DNA of 63,930 nucleotides, the filler included, from Trichosphaerium sp. ATCC 40318 (taxonomy: Eukaryota > Protista > Tubulinea), in the NCBI GenBank assembly GCA_038496445.1. It is 3 parts of 3 records of this genome, joined end to end, with 100 filler letters (N's around TTAATTAATTAA, not from the genome) between each part and the next. Parts side by side here need not be neighbours in the genome. Positions count along the whole stretch, not along the records: positions 1 to 30,896 come from JALMLS010000145.1; 2 more parts are not named here. The stretch is one strand, 5' to 3'. Positions 1 to 12,591 of this stretch are shown piece by piece. How positions within the stretch are numbered: position 1 is the first letter of the stretch; every line of letters begins with the position of its first letter. The notes beneath the pieces were generated by a model. It had not been told where the DNA came from, did no database searches, and saw nothing but the letters and a program-made list of their open reading frames with translations. The position numbers and the translations under genes are program-made.

Positions 1-508
1 AACACTTTCTTATCTGTTATACATTTACTAATAAAGTAGCTTTAGCTTAATTTGTATCATTCATCAGCGGTTAATACCTCAAAGATTTGTTCATAGATTC
101 CCTAATTCTCGGAGAGTTAGCGATACCCCAATCACAAACATCTAGCCAATCTGATAATAAAACAGTTAGTAAGTTCACGAGAAAAGTTGCAAAAAAAAAA
201 ACCAACAAACCTGAACTTTGTGTTGCTATTTGGCACATTTTAACGCGATCTGCAAGACTCATGGCCTCTACATGAGTGCTTAGTATAAATACTAGTACAA
301 TAAAACTGCATATTGGATTCACACGATACCTGTTTTAAGTTTACGGTTAACATAACTTTCAGAAGACGGTGCAATAAAACCACCAACAACTATTTTATCA
401 CTTTGTGAGTTAACAGCATCACGTGCTAATTCAAAGCCTTACCACGTGATTATTAGTATCCCTAGTTATATTAATAAAGCGTACTCTTAATATGCATCTT
501 GTGAACAG

Positions 509-964
509 GATTGAACGAGCCACTAAGCATGAGAACAACAAAAATACTTTTCTCTGATTTTAGTTTCGCCGAAGCAATGTTTGAACGCAGTTTTGCTGTT
601 GGTAGCTTCGTTTTGTTCCATAATTGCTCTGTATACATGTTAGTTATTTAAGTTGTTAGTTCCAACGCTTTACATCGTTTTTAGAAACTATCGACGGTCA
701 CAAGAGCTAATAGAACCGAAAATAGATTGCAATGCGTTCTATTGGTAGAGAGCGGTACCTGTCGACTCCATTTGATGTTGTGTTATGTTTTAAAGAAAAA
801 CAATGACTTAAACGAGTTTCTATGAACAATCTAAAACGTTTGACGATAACACAACACGTACACAGGTACTGTTAAAAACGATATTTTGCGTTGCAAGTAA
901 CCTCATCGATCTTCCAAGTGACATTCAAAAGTACATTTGTACTTTTACCGTTGAAGCAAAATGA
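509..964 (+). CDS. 3' exons of a hypothetical gene ending in an F-box/SOCS-like LPxDIxxYI motif (partial, uncertain)
   Basis: Short AG-flanked open stretches; the last reads ...LLKTIFCVASNLIDLPSDIQKYICTFTVEAK* (TGA 962-964). Splice pattern not fully resolved. Confidence 0.25.
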
Positions 965-1127
965 AATAAGCGCTAGACAATTGTGTATATCCAAAAAACA
1001 TGTTGTCAACGACTTTCAAATCTATATTTAGATATTCCCTTTGCGCTAGCCACAGTACATAGCGTTCCTGGCTCGCAATTGCAAATTACATAATTTATTG
1101 ACATTATACGCCTAACGAAGCTTCAAA

Positions 1128-2879
1128 ATGGCAGAAAACAACTTACAAAAGCCTGCAATTACTATATGTGTTTTAGGAGAAAGCGACAGTGGTAAATCAA
1201 CGATGTGTGGTCATTTATTACATAAATGTGGTGCAATAAGCAAAAGAACATTGGATAAAATAAGACAAGAGCGTACTCACCATAACAAGGATCACTTTGA
1301 ATATGCCGCTGCTTTACGTGCATTAATACCAAACTTTACACGCAGTAAGTTTCCTGCTAGTAGCATACACACGTTTATAACTGATAAATACGAGGTACGA
1401 GACTGGCTTTTTTTTTTTAGTTCTTCATTGTAGCAAGTATGCTTTTATTGCTTTTGAGCTTCTATTTTCTACTTTACCCTTCTTCTTGTGCAAGTGAAAA
1501 AACACCAGTTTTCCAAGTTATAAATATCACGTGATAACTCGGTCTTGGTTTTGTTTGCAACTCCAAAACAGAGTTTTTTTGATGGTTTTTTCTTTAGGTT
1601 ACAATTCAGGATATACCGTCTTTTAATTATATTACAAGCCGTTCTATGACTGCTTTAAAAAAAGCCGATGGTGTTATTCTTGTTGCAAAACCAAATGGTC
1701 CACTTGATTTCAAGGTTTGCACTGGAAACCTGAAAATCGCAAGTTACTTCGATAGAAGCAAGGTGATCGTAGCTGTTACTCAAATGGATGAATCTGCTCA
1801 CCCATATAATGAAGAAATATTTATTAGTACGGTATCAAAAATTACGTCTGTATTGAAGGGGTATGCACGTGTTTAACTTAAAAACCACGACTGAACTGTA
1901 ACTCAATCACTTTTTTTTAAAACTAAATAAAGTAGGCTTAATTTCAACCTGGATAATGTGACATATGTACCGATTACAGGATCATACGGAGATAATCTTA
2001 TAAAGCTGTCTAATAATATGCCTTGGTGGAGAGGTCAAACACTCTTAGAAGCCATATATGATATACAAGTCATTGCACCTCCTTTAGAAAAGTCATTGAA
2101 AATATCAATTGGCGATACATACAATATCAAGGATGTAGGCATTGTTACATGTGGAACTATTGTTGCTGGTACAGTCAAAATAGGACAGAAATTGATCATT
2201 GCGCCAACAGGCAGGGTATTAGAGGTGGCGGGCTTGGAGTATGACCGAAAAAAAGTCGAGAAAATTAGCGCTGCGGGACATCAATTTTTTTTTGATATAG
2301 TTGTGAAAGGTGTAGATTCAGTCAAGGACATCAAAAGAGGATATGTTTTACTACCGTACAACGAAAACACAGCAAATAGCTACTGTGTTTCAGAGTTTAA
2401 TGCACATATAGCAATGCTAGGACAAAGTGTAATCGTAGGATCTTCCGCAGTTGTAGGTACATAAACCCAAGTTAGGATTAAAATGTTGAGCTATACTACG
2501 TTGGTTTCTCTTTGTTTGACGCCTTGTCCGCAACAACAATTCATTTTGTTAGCATGTACACTCACCACTTTATAGAAATACACACAGCGCATGTGGAATG
2601 CCAAGTCGATAAAATAATTGATTCATCAATAATAGATCGTAAACTGAAGAAATCTGCAGGGAGCAATCTTGAACAGCTAGAGCCAGACCAAACCGCGTTA
2701 GTTACACTGATTCCTCTCAAACCATTGTATTGTTGTGCAGCAGATGAAAATACTCACTTAGGAGTATTTAGTATGTGTATCATGCGCAAGCAAGTATGTT
2801 AACATGTTTACAGCTATTCACTAAAATTTTGTGACAGATTGCAATTGGTAAAGTAAAATCAGTATCTTACGGTCAATAA
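1128..2879 (+). CDS. Divergent eEF1A/HBS1/eRF3-family translational GTPase-like protein, 5 exons
   Basis: Exons about 1128-1394, 1598-1860, 1936-2456, 2576-2793, 2838-2879 with GT-AG introns. P-loop GESDSGKST, then GHLLHKCGAI, VPITGSYGDNL..MPWWRGQTLLEA, domain II IKDVGIVTCGTIVAGTVKIG and a domain III-like C-terminus IAIGKVKSV. Confidence 0.85.
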
Positions 2880-3034
2880 AGGCTAAATAGCTCTACTGGC
2901 AGTTGTAACACATGCAACAAACCATAGTGAACCACTCGCCACCATTAAAGGAGATAGTTACTCAGTATTCAAATGAGACTACATGTACTGTAAGACGAAT
3001 AAAAACGTTGGTTACAAGGTTTTGAAATTTTTTT

Positions 3035-4796
3035 TTATTTTGTATTGTTTCTTTTGTTATTGCTTGCAGGTAATGTCTTCTCAAAAACGGTTTGTTCCTT
3101 TTTAAACTTTCCTTCACGAACACTATCTAGCTGTTTTTGCATTTCATCTTGTTCAACAAACAAACCTGCCTCTTCCAATCCTTTAATAAGGTCCAAGTAC
3201 AATGGAATAGGAGGAAGCATACTTCTTTCTCTCATGCTTCTCATTGTGTCACAAGCGTATCTCCATTTCTTTTGTTCTATGTGTAACCTTGCAACTGCTT
3301 CATATACCACTATATCACGTCTACCACGCGCATATAGTAGTTTATATTCTTCAAAGAAGTTCAAACCAGTTGATGGATCATCCTTTGAAAAAGCAGAAAT
3401 CAGAGAAGCAAAAGTCTTTGCTATCGGTTTTATATGTTCCTTCTGCTCATAGAATAAGTCTCGTGCCATCTCTAATTCGTTATCATTTATACATGCTTTA
3501 ATCACAATATGCCATGTAACAGAATCAAGAACAACAGTCTTCTCGTTGATGATACGAATCTTCGCTTTGTGAAAAAGATCTAAAGCTTCAGCTATTCTAT
3601 TGTTTTTTATCATCAACTGTAATACCATAGTGTACGATACACTATCAGGTTTAATACCATCATATACACCTGTGTTCATATCATCTAGTATCTTTAAAGC
3701 ATTACCAACATCGTCTTCAATACGTAGAATATGATTAAGAGTTACACTATCAACACGGACTTTTTCATCTTTGACCATCTGTTTAAAAATAGCATGTGCT
3801 AAATTCTTCTCTGTTTCTCCAAGACACTGTATAAGTATATTATATGTTACTTGATCTGGATATATATCCTGTGCACGCATCTCATGGAAAAGCTGTACAG
3901 CTTTTTTAGGTTCTTTTGCTTTTCCACACATATGGAACAAACCTTGATAAATAACAACCTCTGGTTTGATTCCGTATGTCTTAATCATTGTTTGGTATAA
4001 CTTAAATGCAGTACCATAAAGCTCGTATTTTGAGTGAACACGTATTAATGCATCAAATGTTAATACATTAGGCTCTATACGTATTTTATGCATCTCATTG
4101 AAGAGTTCTAAGCATCTCTTGACACGTCCAGGCAAAATCTCGTTATTCGTCAATCCGCCGACAGATCTGATTAATTGGTTGAATACGTATGTGTCTGGAC
4201 GTATATTCCGTTGTTTCATCTCGCTGTACCAAGATTCCGCATCAGATCCTGTTGGACATAATGACAGTATTATTGTATAAGCGCGACGTGATCTTCTACC
4301 GCCTGATATGCGTTTAGCGCGTTTTAGTTCAAAAAGGCTATCCTTGGCTAATGTGTAGTCTCGAATATGCGGCATATGCTGTATAAACGCGTTAAGTGGA
4401 TCTACACCTTGTTTCATCGTTTCAAAGTACGCGTTGCGATGGTAGGCTATAAAAAAAAATGTTAGCGAGCCCCCAGCGCGTGGATTATATTCTGGGCTGT
4501 TTTATTTAACGTACCAGCTGTTTTTTTAGTGTACGAGTACTTTGGGCTCATTGGCTTTTTTCCGTATAAAGTGTCATTGCTAGACGTGTAAGAACAGTTT
4601 TATTGAAATTAGGAGTACCCAACGTAATCTTCGCGGTTCAGGTTTCTAACGGCTTCCCTTGACACATAACGCCTACCCACTACACGCTATACCGCGTAAA
4701 TATTAGAATATTCCGTTTAGATACAATTCGTACGTTGCGAGTCACATGTCTAAGACTTCTAAACGCTATCAAAGCACGAGGGCAAGCGTTAAACAT
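3035..4796 (-). CDS. Pentatricopeptide repeat (PPR) protein, probably mitochondrial
   Basis: Main exon (460-aa ORF) has about 10 tandem 35-aa PPR motifs (PDTYVFNQLI, PNVLTFDALI, PDQVTYNILI, PDSVSYTMVL). Upstream exons give an Arg-rich presequence-like start MFNACPRALIAFRSLRHVTRN. The 5' end is approximate. Confidence 0.85.
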
Positions 4797-5164
4797 CAAG
4801 GTGAATGACCAATGAGGTTGAAATCACTTGGCTTAACTAAGAAATCACTAAGATTGTAAAAAACACTGGCGAGCCCACTCCTACGCAAGTACGTCATGAT
4901 CATGGTAGTTTTTTTCAGCTTTGCTTGCTAGCATTTTACGCTTGATTTTCATCGGCTGCTATCAGTGTTTATAAGCGTATGCGCTGCATTTTGTGGGTTA
5001 TAATCAAATTGTTGTAAAACCGCGTTAAATACCATAATTAACATCTCAAAACGCTTAAACACAATCGTTGGTTAACTAAACGCGTAGTAAACCTAAAAAC
5101 CACAACGGGGCGAATGCTTGTTTCAAAATTCTCTAGATATGCGACATGCGCACGCAATACATCA

Positions 5165-6250
5165 ATGACAGGACGTACAGAGAGCAAAAGGTACGCAAAA
5201 GTCTAAAGGCCAGGGCCTGCCTTTTACCTCTTTACAATGCTTGAATACAACAATTGACGCTGAATTAGAACAAAAAAGGCGCCATTGACGCGTATTGCCG
5301 CTAAACGCATTCACGGCGATGATTTCTCTGGTAGCAAGCCTCAATCTTCACCTTTCAATGTGTTTAAACAGTGGTATGACGAAGCGGTCCGATTGGAAGG
5401 AAACGTAGAAGTTAGCAAATGTACACTAGCAACTGCGACACCTGATGGTGTACCATCAAACAGAGTAGTAAAACTCACACAGTGGGACATGCGTGGATTT
5501 CAGTTCCAAACACACAAAGAAAGCCGTAAAGCAAAGGAAATTAAAGGTACCCGCGTTGTGCATTCTCTACAGCATCGTGGATTAATATGACTGCACATAA
5601 GCTTTATTCAACTTTCGTCTTTTTTTTGGCTTACACAACGCTTTAGAAAATCCAAAAGGCGCCATGGTGTTCTACTGGGCAAAAGGTGACCAATCTGTCA
5701 GGATTGAAGGATCTATTGTTGAGGCAGGAGATAAGGAAAGTGATAGCGCCTTTTTCACAAAAACTCATCAACAGCGACTACGTACGTGTTTTAAAGAATA
5801 ATAAACGTTGCCCCATTTGAGCTATAGACAGTAAGGGATATTTTATCGTCGTTCACTACTGGAACGTCGTTAATATGAAGTTGTTTCAATGACAGCTTTC
5901 TTTTTTTTTTCAATGATTTTTAGTTACCCGCTTAACGTTGTTTGTAGTTGCTCTTACAAGTGTTCCTGGTCAAGAAGTAGAATCAATTGAAGAGGTTGCA
6001 AATAAAATAAACAAGAAACACGTTGAGTTAAAGAAAGTAGCGAGTACGTTCAAAACACAACACTTTCAAAAAGAAAAACTTAACGCTTCATTTAGGCATT
6101 TCTCGCCCAGAGAACTATGGCTCATTCCGTATTGAACCTACAAGATTTGAATTCTGGGCTGGCGCCAAGAATGGTTTAGATGATGTCACTTCATACACAC
6201 GTGATACCACTGAACTGGATGTTTGGCAGAGAGCTGTTCTATCTCCTTAA
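5165..6250 (+). CDS. Pyridoxamine 5'-phosphate oxidase (PdxH/PNPO)-like FMN-binding protein, 5 exons
   Basis: Spliced translation includes PFNVFKQWYDEA, TLATATPDGVPSNRVV, GFQFQTHKESRKAKEI, ENPKGAMVFYW...QSVRIEG, RPENYGSFRIEPTRFEFWAG...WQRAVLSP*. Confidence 0.85.
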
Positions 6251-7368
6251 GAACTATCAAGAAAAAGAAAACACCCTTTTGCATATTGCTGCTTGTAATA
6301 CAACAAACAAAATAAAGTATGTTTGTCCAGACGTGTTAGTAATGCAAATCGGTTGCAAATTGAGAAATTCTGCCCAACTCGAACCAGAAAAAATTTCGTA
6401 ATTTGTATTTCCTTAAGTCTTGGTCGTACGAAATCAGCTAGGTTGGTACGCTGGTTTTTGTTGATTTCTCAACTTTGTACACATAGTAAGTAAGTTGTTT
6501 ACAGGGGAGCAAATTTCAAAGGCCGTTCAGAACGCAAAAAAAGAGCAGATTGTAGTCGACTTTTTTTCTGAAAATGTACGAGTTTTCTTTACGCTAAAGA
6601 ATGTCGATGGTCGACAATAATTATTTTTTGTATTTACATTTACTTCTCTGTTATATGTTGTACCTTATTAAACAAGACAATGTTCGAAACTAAGCGTTCG
6701 GAACAAATTCATTGAACAGAAGTGTTATGACCATCTGCACATTTGTTAAAACCCAACACCAATGGAGCGCAACAGCAAAGCAAAGAAGCCAACAATATTT
6801 GTAACATTTTTACAAATGGCACAGAAATATATACGCCACGCATCCAAATGCCAAGTAAGTACATAGTTTTACTTTATTTTTCTACTAGAATTTACGAATC
6901 TACTAGGTTCAATTCAATAGTGGAAGAAGACAAAAAGGTTGGTTTGTATACCTTGACCAAATAGATTTCGAACGATTATGGACTTGTGGTAAAAATACAG
7001 AGTCAATAAGTAAGAACCTTCTAAAGTTCTGTATTAGATCAACCATTCCAGTACGTATAAATCAATAAACAGTGAACCACGTGAAAATCAACTCATCTTT
7101 TTTTAAGGGACATCGACTTAAATTCAACACGATACTCATGGAGGGTGCATTGCTCTATGAGTTCACAATATTTCATTTGAGAGCACCTGAAATGAATTGT
7201 CACTTGTCCCTCATTGTTACAACCGAATAAAACAAGACCCTGAACGTAGTACTGGTACACTTAATTTCAACGTGTTGTATTTTTATAACAAAAAAATTTA
7301 TTGTATACTTACTACGTACTGCAGGCTTTGAAAAAGTCTGTGCAGACAATGAAAACCCATTACCAGAA

Positions 7369-7632
7369 ATGGTTATTCCTGACAGCCCATTGCCCTTTGA
7401 TTCTTTTATACCCGTATGTCACGACAATGCAATGGATATAGACTTCGTCGACCCACCTTCGCCTGCCACAGAAGAGTTTCAATACAACAATAATCCAGTC
7501 ACTACACAACAAGAAACGTGTGGATACTGTGGCATGTGCTTGGATATGGTCGAGCGCCTCAATACAGCCCTAGCAGAAAACCAAAGGTTGAGAGGAATTA
7601 TTGCTGTAGGTGAAGGTTTCTTCGCTGATTGA
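7369..7632 (+). CDS. Terminal exon of a hypothetical or degenerate gene (CxxCxxC plus short coiled coil)
   Basis: 87-aa ORF preceded by a CAG acceptor at about 7324. Upstream candidate exons contain in-frame TGA stops. Confidence 0.3.
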   Translation: MVIPDSPLPFDSFIPVCHDNAMDIDFVDPPSPATEEFQYNNNPVTTQQETCGYCGMCLDMVERLNTALAENQRLRGIIAVGEGFFAD

Positions 7633-9029
7633 TCAAAAGGATGTCTTTAAACTGTAAAGTGTATAATAAAAATAGTTTACTTAACATGGTTTGAGTTGCA
7701 TATGTAGCCGATGTTTCATGCCCAAAAAAGCGAAAAACTCAAACAAGCTTGTTTTCTTCTATTTTATGTTACTGCTTCCTTTTGCCGATCCATATTTTTC
7801 TGTCATACCGAGTATTGAGAATCTGTATGGTATTCAAGTCGTTAGCCATTATAGGGCTGTAATCATAAGCATCTGTTAAATCAGTATTATAGCCATCCTA
7901 AAGTACACCAAGTAAAAAACAATGAAGGATTTCAAGGTTCAAATGAACCAAGAAATAAAACTAAACACTTTTTAAACTGTAATTTCCCTTACAACTGGAA
8001 GCATTTTAGATTATGATAAAAGTTATCGTGATTCAAACTTAATCTGTTTTTACTTTTTCACAACTTTATTCGTTTTTGTTTCACTGATGTTCTAGTTAAA
8101 GCAGCCAATTATGTTTGTAACTGATGTATTTTTGACTTATCTTGCCATTCATAAACACTCTCAGAGTTACAGGAGCTGGTACTTTTGAAAGAGAAGGTAG
8201 TTTTGTCTGTAAAATGCGAGTCCTACTTTTGGATTTAGCCTACATCCTTTCCAAGGTAGCACCAATGGTAAAAACGGAACATTAACAGCTTGGTACATCT
8301 GTTGTATACTGTACAAACACTGCTATATGGAATGTATTCTTGGAAGTGTCAGTTGGATTGGTGATGAACTTAATTGAACTCACACTTACAGCATCTGCGT
8401 CAGCTCGTTTTAACCCGTGTCAAGTTCTCAATGGACCTCCAGTGAGATTGAAGTACTTGGTAGCGCAACGCAAGTATTCAAAACGTGCAGTCAGAGTAGT
8501 TTGGACAAACAGAAAAGCTGTATGGCCCATAAATTCAATTATGAATACACCGTGCTGCACCACAATAACGAAAGTTGCAAATCTTGATTCATTGAGACAA
8601 TCTTTGTCCTAAAGTTAAACCAAATTAAGATACAGTTTCTTGTTTTTTTTCTCTAAGTTTCTTGCTTGTAATATTATTGCATTAAGAAACATCCAATGAA
8701 GATGCTATTACATTCAATTGGTAATCGGTATAGGTATCGGGTTCTTTGCCACGGTGTTGTAATCTGATCATTTATTGCATGTTACTGCTGTTTTAATGCT
8801 ACCACTAACCTACATCATCAGTTGCACAGCTAGTTCTGTTACATGGATGGTTCTATTGTGAGTAAAACGTTAAAACCATCCGCAGTTTTTGGAGAAGTAT
8901 TTATTGGTGACGCACCAAGTGCACTTGTTTGATTGATGGCTGTATTTACCAGTTTTATGGACCTTTTAGACTAAGGGTGGCAACCAACTATAATGCGGCA
9001 CTATTGGCAATTTGAGCAACTTTTCAAAC

Positions 9030-9893
9030 CTAGGAGGGCATATTGGTTTCCATTTATCCAGGATATGAGATTTCCGCAAAGATTGAAAATAGTAAGGGGT
9101 TGATTGGATTCTATTTTGCTGTAGTTCAAGATTGAATGTATGAATGAAAATGGTTGGGGTCTGATTGGTTTTCATTTTTATCGTTTTTCTTAGATTGATT
9201 GAGTTTAATCACTTTTACAGTTTAGGTAGATGTTAGTCATGGAAACATTAGTTACCACTCAATAACAACTCTTTGTAATAGCGTCATTTTGTGAAAAAGA
9301 AGTGATTTCTGATCGAAACGTATGCTTGCCACTAGATTGGTTTCCATTTTTCAAGTAGATGTCAATTTGGGATAGGGGGGAGACTAGTTTCTATTTTTTA
9401 TGGTAATATATTCAATCACTTGGCACTCGAGGTGCCGTAATACATTGATTGGTGACCAATATCCCTTGAGTGTGTCCCTAATATCACACACTAGCTTAGT
9501 TTAATTACTTTTTATTAATGCTATCAATCTCAGGTAGGGGTTGTATTGGATTTCGTTTTATCCATAGTTTCAATCACTTGGCACTCGAGGTGCCGTAATA
9601 CATTGATTGGTGACCAATATCCCTTGAGTGTGTCCCTGTGATTACACATTAGTTACTACTAGACACTGTTATCAGGTAGGGGTTGTATTGGATTCCGTTT
9701 TATGGCAATGGTCAATCACTTGGCACTCGAGGTGCCGTAGTACATTGATTGATGATTAATATCCCTCATGTGCGTCCCTGTGATTACACAGTAGTTGCTG
9801 TTAGACACAACCTTGCTCTGGTAGCAAGGTTTGGCGTTTAATTACTTCACCACAGTCATCAATCTCAGATAGGGGGTAGATCAGTTTCCATTT
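9030..9893. repeat. Structured tandem repeat array (3 copies of a 142-158 bp unit plus about 8 copies of a TAGGGG..GATTGGTTTCCATTTT motif)
   Basis: TCAATCACTTGGCACTCGAGGTGCCGTARTACATTGATTG starts at 9412, 9570 and 9712. Short motif copies near 9030, 9092, 9153, 9330, 9372, 9535, 9677, 9870. Confidence 0.9.
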
Positions 9894-10575
9894 AGGAGAT
9901 GCATAGGTTTCTGGAAGGTTCCGGAAATTCTGCTTGTTCTGCAAATTCTACGAGAATATTTCCAGAAGAAAGTTCCACAAGAATATTTCCATTGGAAGGT
10001 TCATTTAATTGTATTTTTAGAGAGTTCACATAATGACTGAAGTGGCTTATTACACTCACCAAACCGAAAAAATTAAATCATATTTACTTTATTTCTTTAC
10101 AATGGCTTTGCCTTATTCCTTGATTTTTAACAAAGCTTATTTATACCTCGAGTCTGTTCTGTGGTAGGGGTGAGTTCTTTCTTACCCCTAGGTACTTCAG
10201 CTATGAATATTGCGTGTAAGGTGCAGTTTTTACAAAATTTTAGTACCAAACACACGTACGACGTCAATATTGTTGGTACTGGTGTTGTTAAGTGCTAGCG
10301 AATGAGCCATAGTGTAGGAGTATCACTTAGACATGCTGTCTTGCGAACAGCACAGTGTGCGACTGAAAAACTTAAGTACATGTGATTGTTTACTAGTCCA
10401 CAGTGCTCTAAAAACATGTTCTCGAAAAATATTGTGAATCCGTACCAGAATTTCCAGAAGGTGCTGTTCTACCAGAATTTCCAGAAGGTTCTGGAAGTTT
10501 CCAGAAATTCCACATCTTCCAGAATTTCCCGTAATTCCCAATTTCCAGAAGTTTCCGGAAACCTATGCATCTCCC
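9894..10575. mobile_element. Non-autonomous TIR element (MITE), about 680 bp
   Basis: TIRs GGAGATGCATAGGTTTCTGGA (from 9895) and TCCGGAAACCTATGCATCTCC (to 10574), 1 mismatch. Many subterminal TTCCGGAA/TTCCAGAA/TTCTGGAA repeats. Flanked by CATTT at 9889-9893 and 10576-10580 (candidate TSD). Confidence 0.8.
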
Positions 10576-12349
10576 CATTTTAAAACCTTGAAAAGTCATG
10601 TTTTTCCGTTTTTCTTTTGAAAGTGTAGAAAATGGGTGCGTTTGTCACAAGTAAAACAGCTATTTGGTAATCTGAATTTAAAAGCGTGGAATTCATAACA
10701 AAAATTTAACACTTTCTTACACAGTATTTTACAGTGCCCATGTTTTCAGCATATGACTACTACATAACCGAAACGTTATGGTTAAAATTACAGATTGGAC
10801 AAAGTTGTGTAAACAGAGTTATTACAAAAACTTAATTGTTTTCAGAATGAAAAGCCTATGTTTACCGTAAACAACTTAAGCAATCAAGCTTATTTTCACT
10901 CTCCAGCAACTTGATTGGGTAGGAAAATCGCTCTAAAGTAACATTCCGATATTGAAAATTTCAATAGACAACTTTGGTGTCTGCTATGCACAAATCTCGT
11001 GTGAAAAAGTTTAGCTAACTATGCATTTATTGCAAAATCATCTCTACTACTTTGAGAAAAAAGAACAGTCGTACACTACAATGACATTAACACAAATTGA
11101 AGGTGAATGTTCAACTCCCACAAAAGCCTTGTCGCTTTTCACGATTTCCTGAATATAACTTTACTGTAGAGTCATTCTGGTAGAAACGAAAGCTCAATTC
11201 TAACAACGACCTTGTCAATATAACTGTAAACTTTCAGATGGATCTTCAATTGATCATGTACAATGTAAGGGTACGAAGGTTGGATATAATACAGAAAAAG
11301 ACTTGTTGTTTTGCTCCATGTATAAAACGTTCGAATAGTGCACGTCTTGGTTTGATATAAATGCAATTTCAGGATGGTCTAACCTCAACCCAGGCAAGAA
11401 AGCAATTGCACCTCATAAATATGAGGTTAGCCATATTGTGGAAAAGAAATCAGTGCTACTAGCCTTATACAAGCCCAAAATACTGTAAAACTTTCGTTTG
11501 TTGTAACCAATTTCATTGAAAGTAAGGCTAAATAATGCACGCTGGTCACTTATTTGTAAACAACCTGGAGAATTTCTCACATGAACGAAGTAGATAAATG
11601 TTGCTAATGCTTCTCCGTTTTGCCACAGTCTGTCACCCGACGCGTTGAAGTAACAAGCAACTTGTTGTGTTAACTAGAACTCAAAAGGCCTATGCGACAC
11701 TGTGCGTGCATCAAAGTGGTAGTAACGTCAAACGCATGTGACCATCGTACTGGAAGTGTCAAAACTATCAAAACCGCATTATAAACAGTGTACGTTGTAG
11801 GTTGATACGCTTGGTGGGTTTGTAACGTAGTTGTACAAAAATTAGAGCTTTAATCGTTTCTGTGCCGTAAATACTCACCAAACTGAACGGAAACGTATTT
11901 CTACACGTAGAATTGAGCAATACGAGAACTTAGCTTCCTAATGGAAGAAATTGGTTTTTATTGTGCTCAAATCTGTGTATTGTGATTAACACTGCCCAAT
12001 TAGTGCTACTATAGCGTACAAACAAATAAGACGCAGCAATTCATGAAAAATACTCATTTTGAAATTAAGCGAAAAAAACAAGAATTTGCAAAGCCATATT
12101 TTTTGTACATGATTTTTATTGGATTTTCTCGCACAAACAGACACCTGCATTAATGCCATCTTACACCAGTATAAGTACCACTCTAGTCTACCGCTACAAG
12201 TGGCTAACACGGGCGAAAAAGTTGTTCTTGGTGAAAAAACGAAATTTTGGTACAGTTGCACTCTAAAAAAACATTAAAAGATGGCAAGTTTTTCAATTTC
12301 TAGAGTTCTCCAGATGCCCACCATGCATAAAACGTTGCAAAAAGGTATT

Positions 12350-12420
12350 GGGCCTTGCCTGGAATCGAACCAGGGCCACTTGAACCCAAATCAAGTATTT
12401 TACCACTTAACTACAAGGCC
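12350..12420 (-). tRNA. trnP-UGG: tRNA-Pro(UGG)
   Basis: Minus strand GGCCTTG TA GTTAAGTGGTAAAAT A CTTGA TTTGGGT TCAAG TGGC CCTGG TTCGATT CCAGG CAAGGCC C: 7-bp acceptor stem, anticodon TGG, T-loop TTCGATT, followed by a TTTTT Pol III terminator. Confidence 0.92.
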
Positions 12421-12591
12421 CCGAACTTGTTTTCTTAGGTTATGTGAAACAACTTTGTTACAAAAAATCTATCACAAAAATCGAATTTTCAGATGTCTAC
12501 GTACTTGAAATCGCCTGTATCCGCTGTAATTAACTATACCATAATATATTTCAACGTAATTATCACTTTATATAGGAGTTACGGTTCATAC
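12369..12591 (-). repeat. Left arm of a 223-bp perfect inverted duplication (tRNA-Pro 5' part plus upstream DNA)
   Basis: Exact reverse complement of 15577-15799 as read by eye. The ORF track shows the same peptide QGHLNPNQVFYHLTTRPRTC... on opposite strands. Confidence 0.92.

Noticed and set aside
9412-9870. CRISPR-like repeat-spacer array
   Set aside because: Only three long units, the linkers are homologous to each other, there are no cas genes, and the context is eukaryotic.
10323-10599. Three overlapping short ORFs
   Set aside because: Produced by the low-complexity TTCCAGAA subterminal repeats of the MITE.
11990-12325. Possible Transib-like right end (GCCCACCATG) just 3' of the tRNA
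   Set aside because: No matching left TIR or TSD found in the window.
12281-12508. Duplicated ORF peptide (also 15660-16013)
   Set aside because: Antisense translation of the tRNA gene and its upstream DNA.
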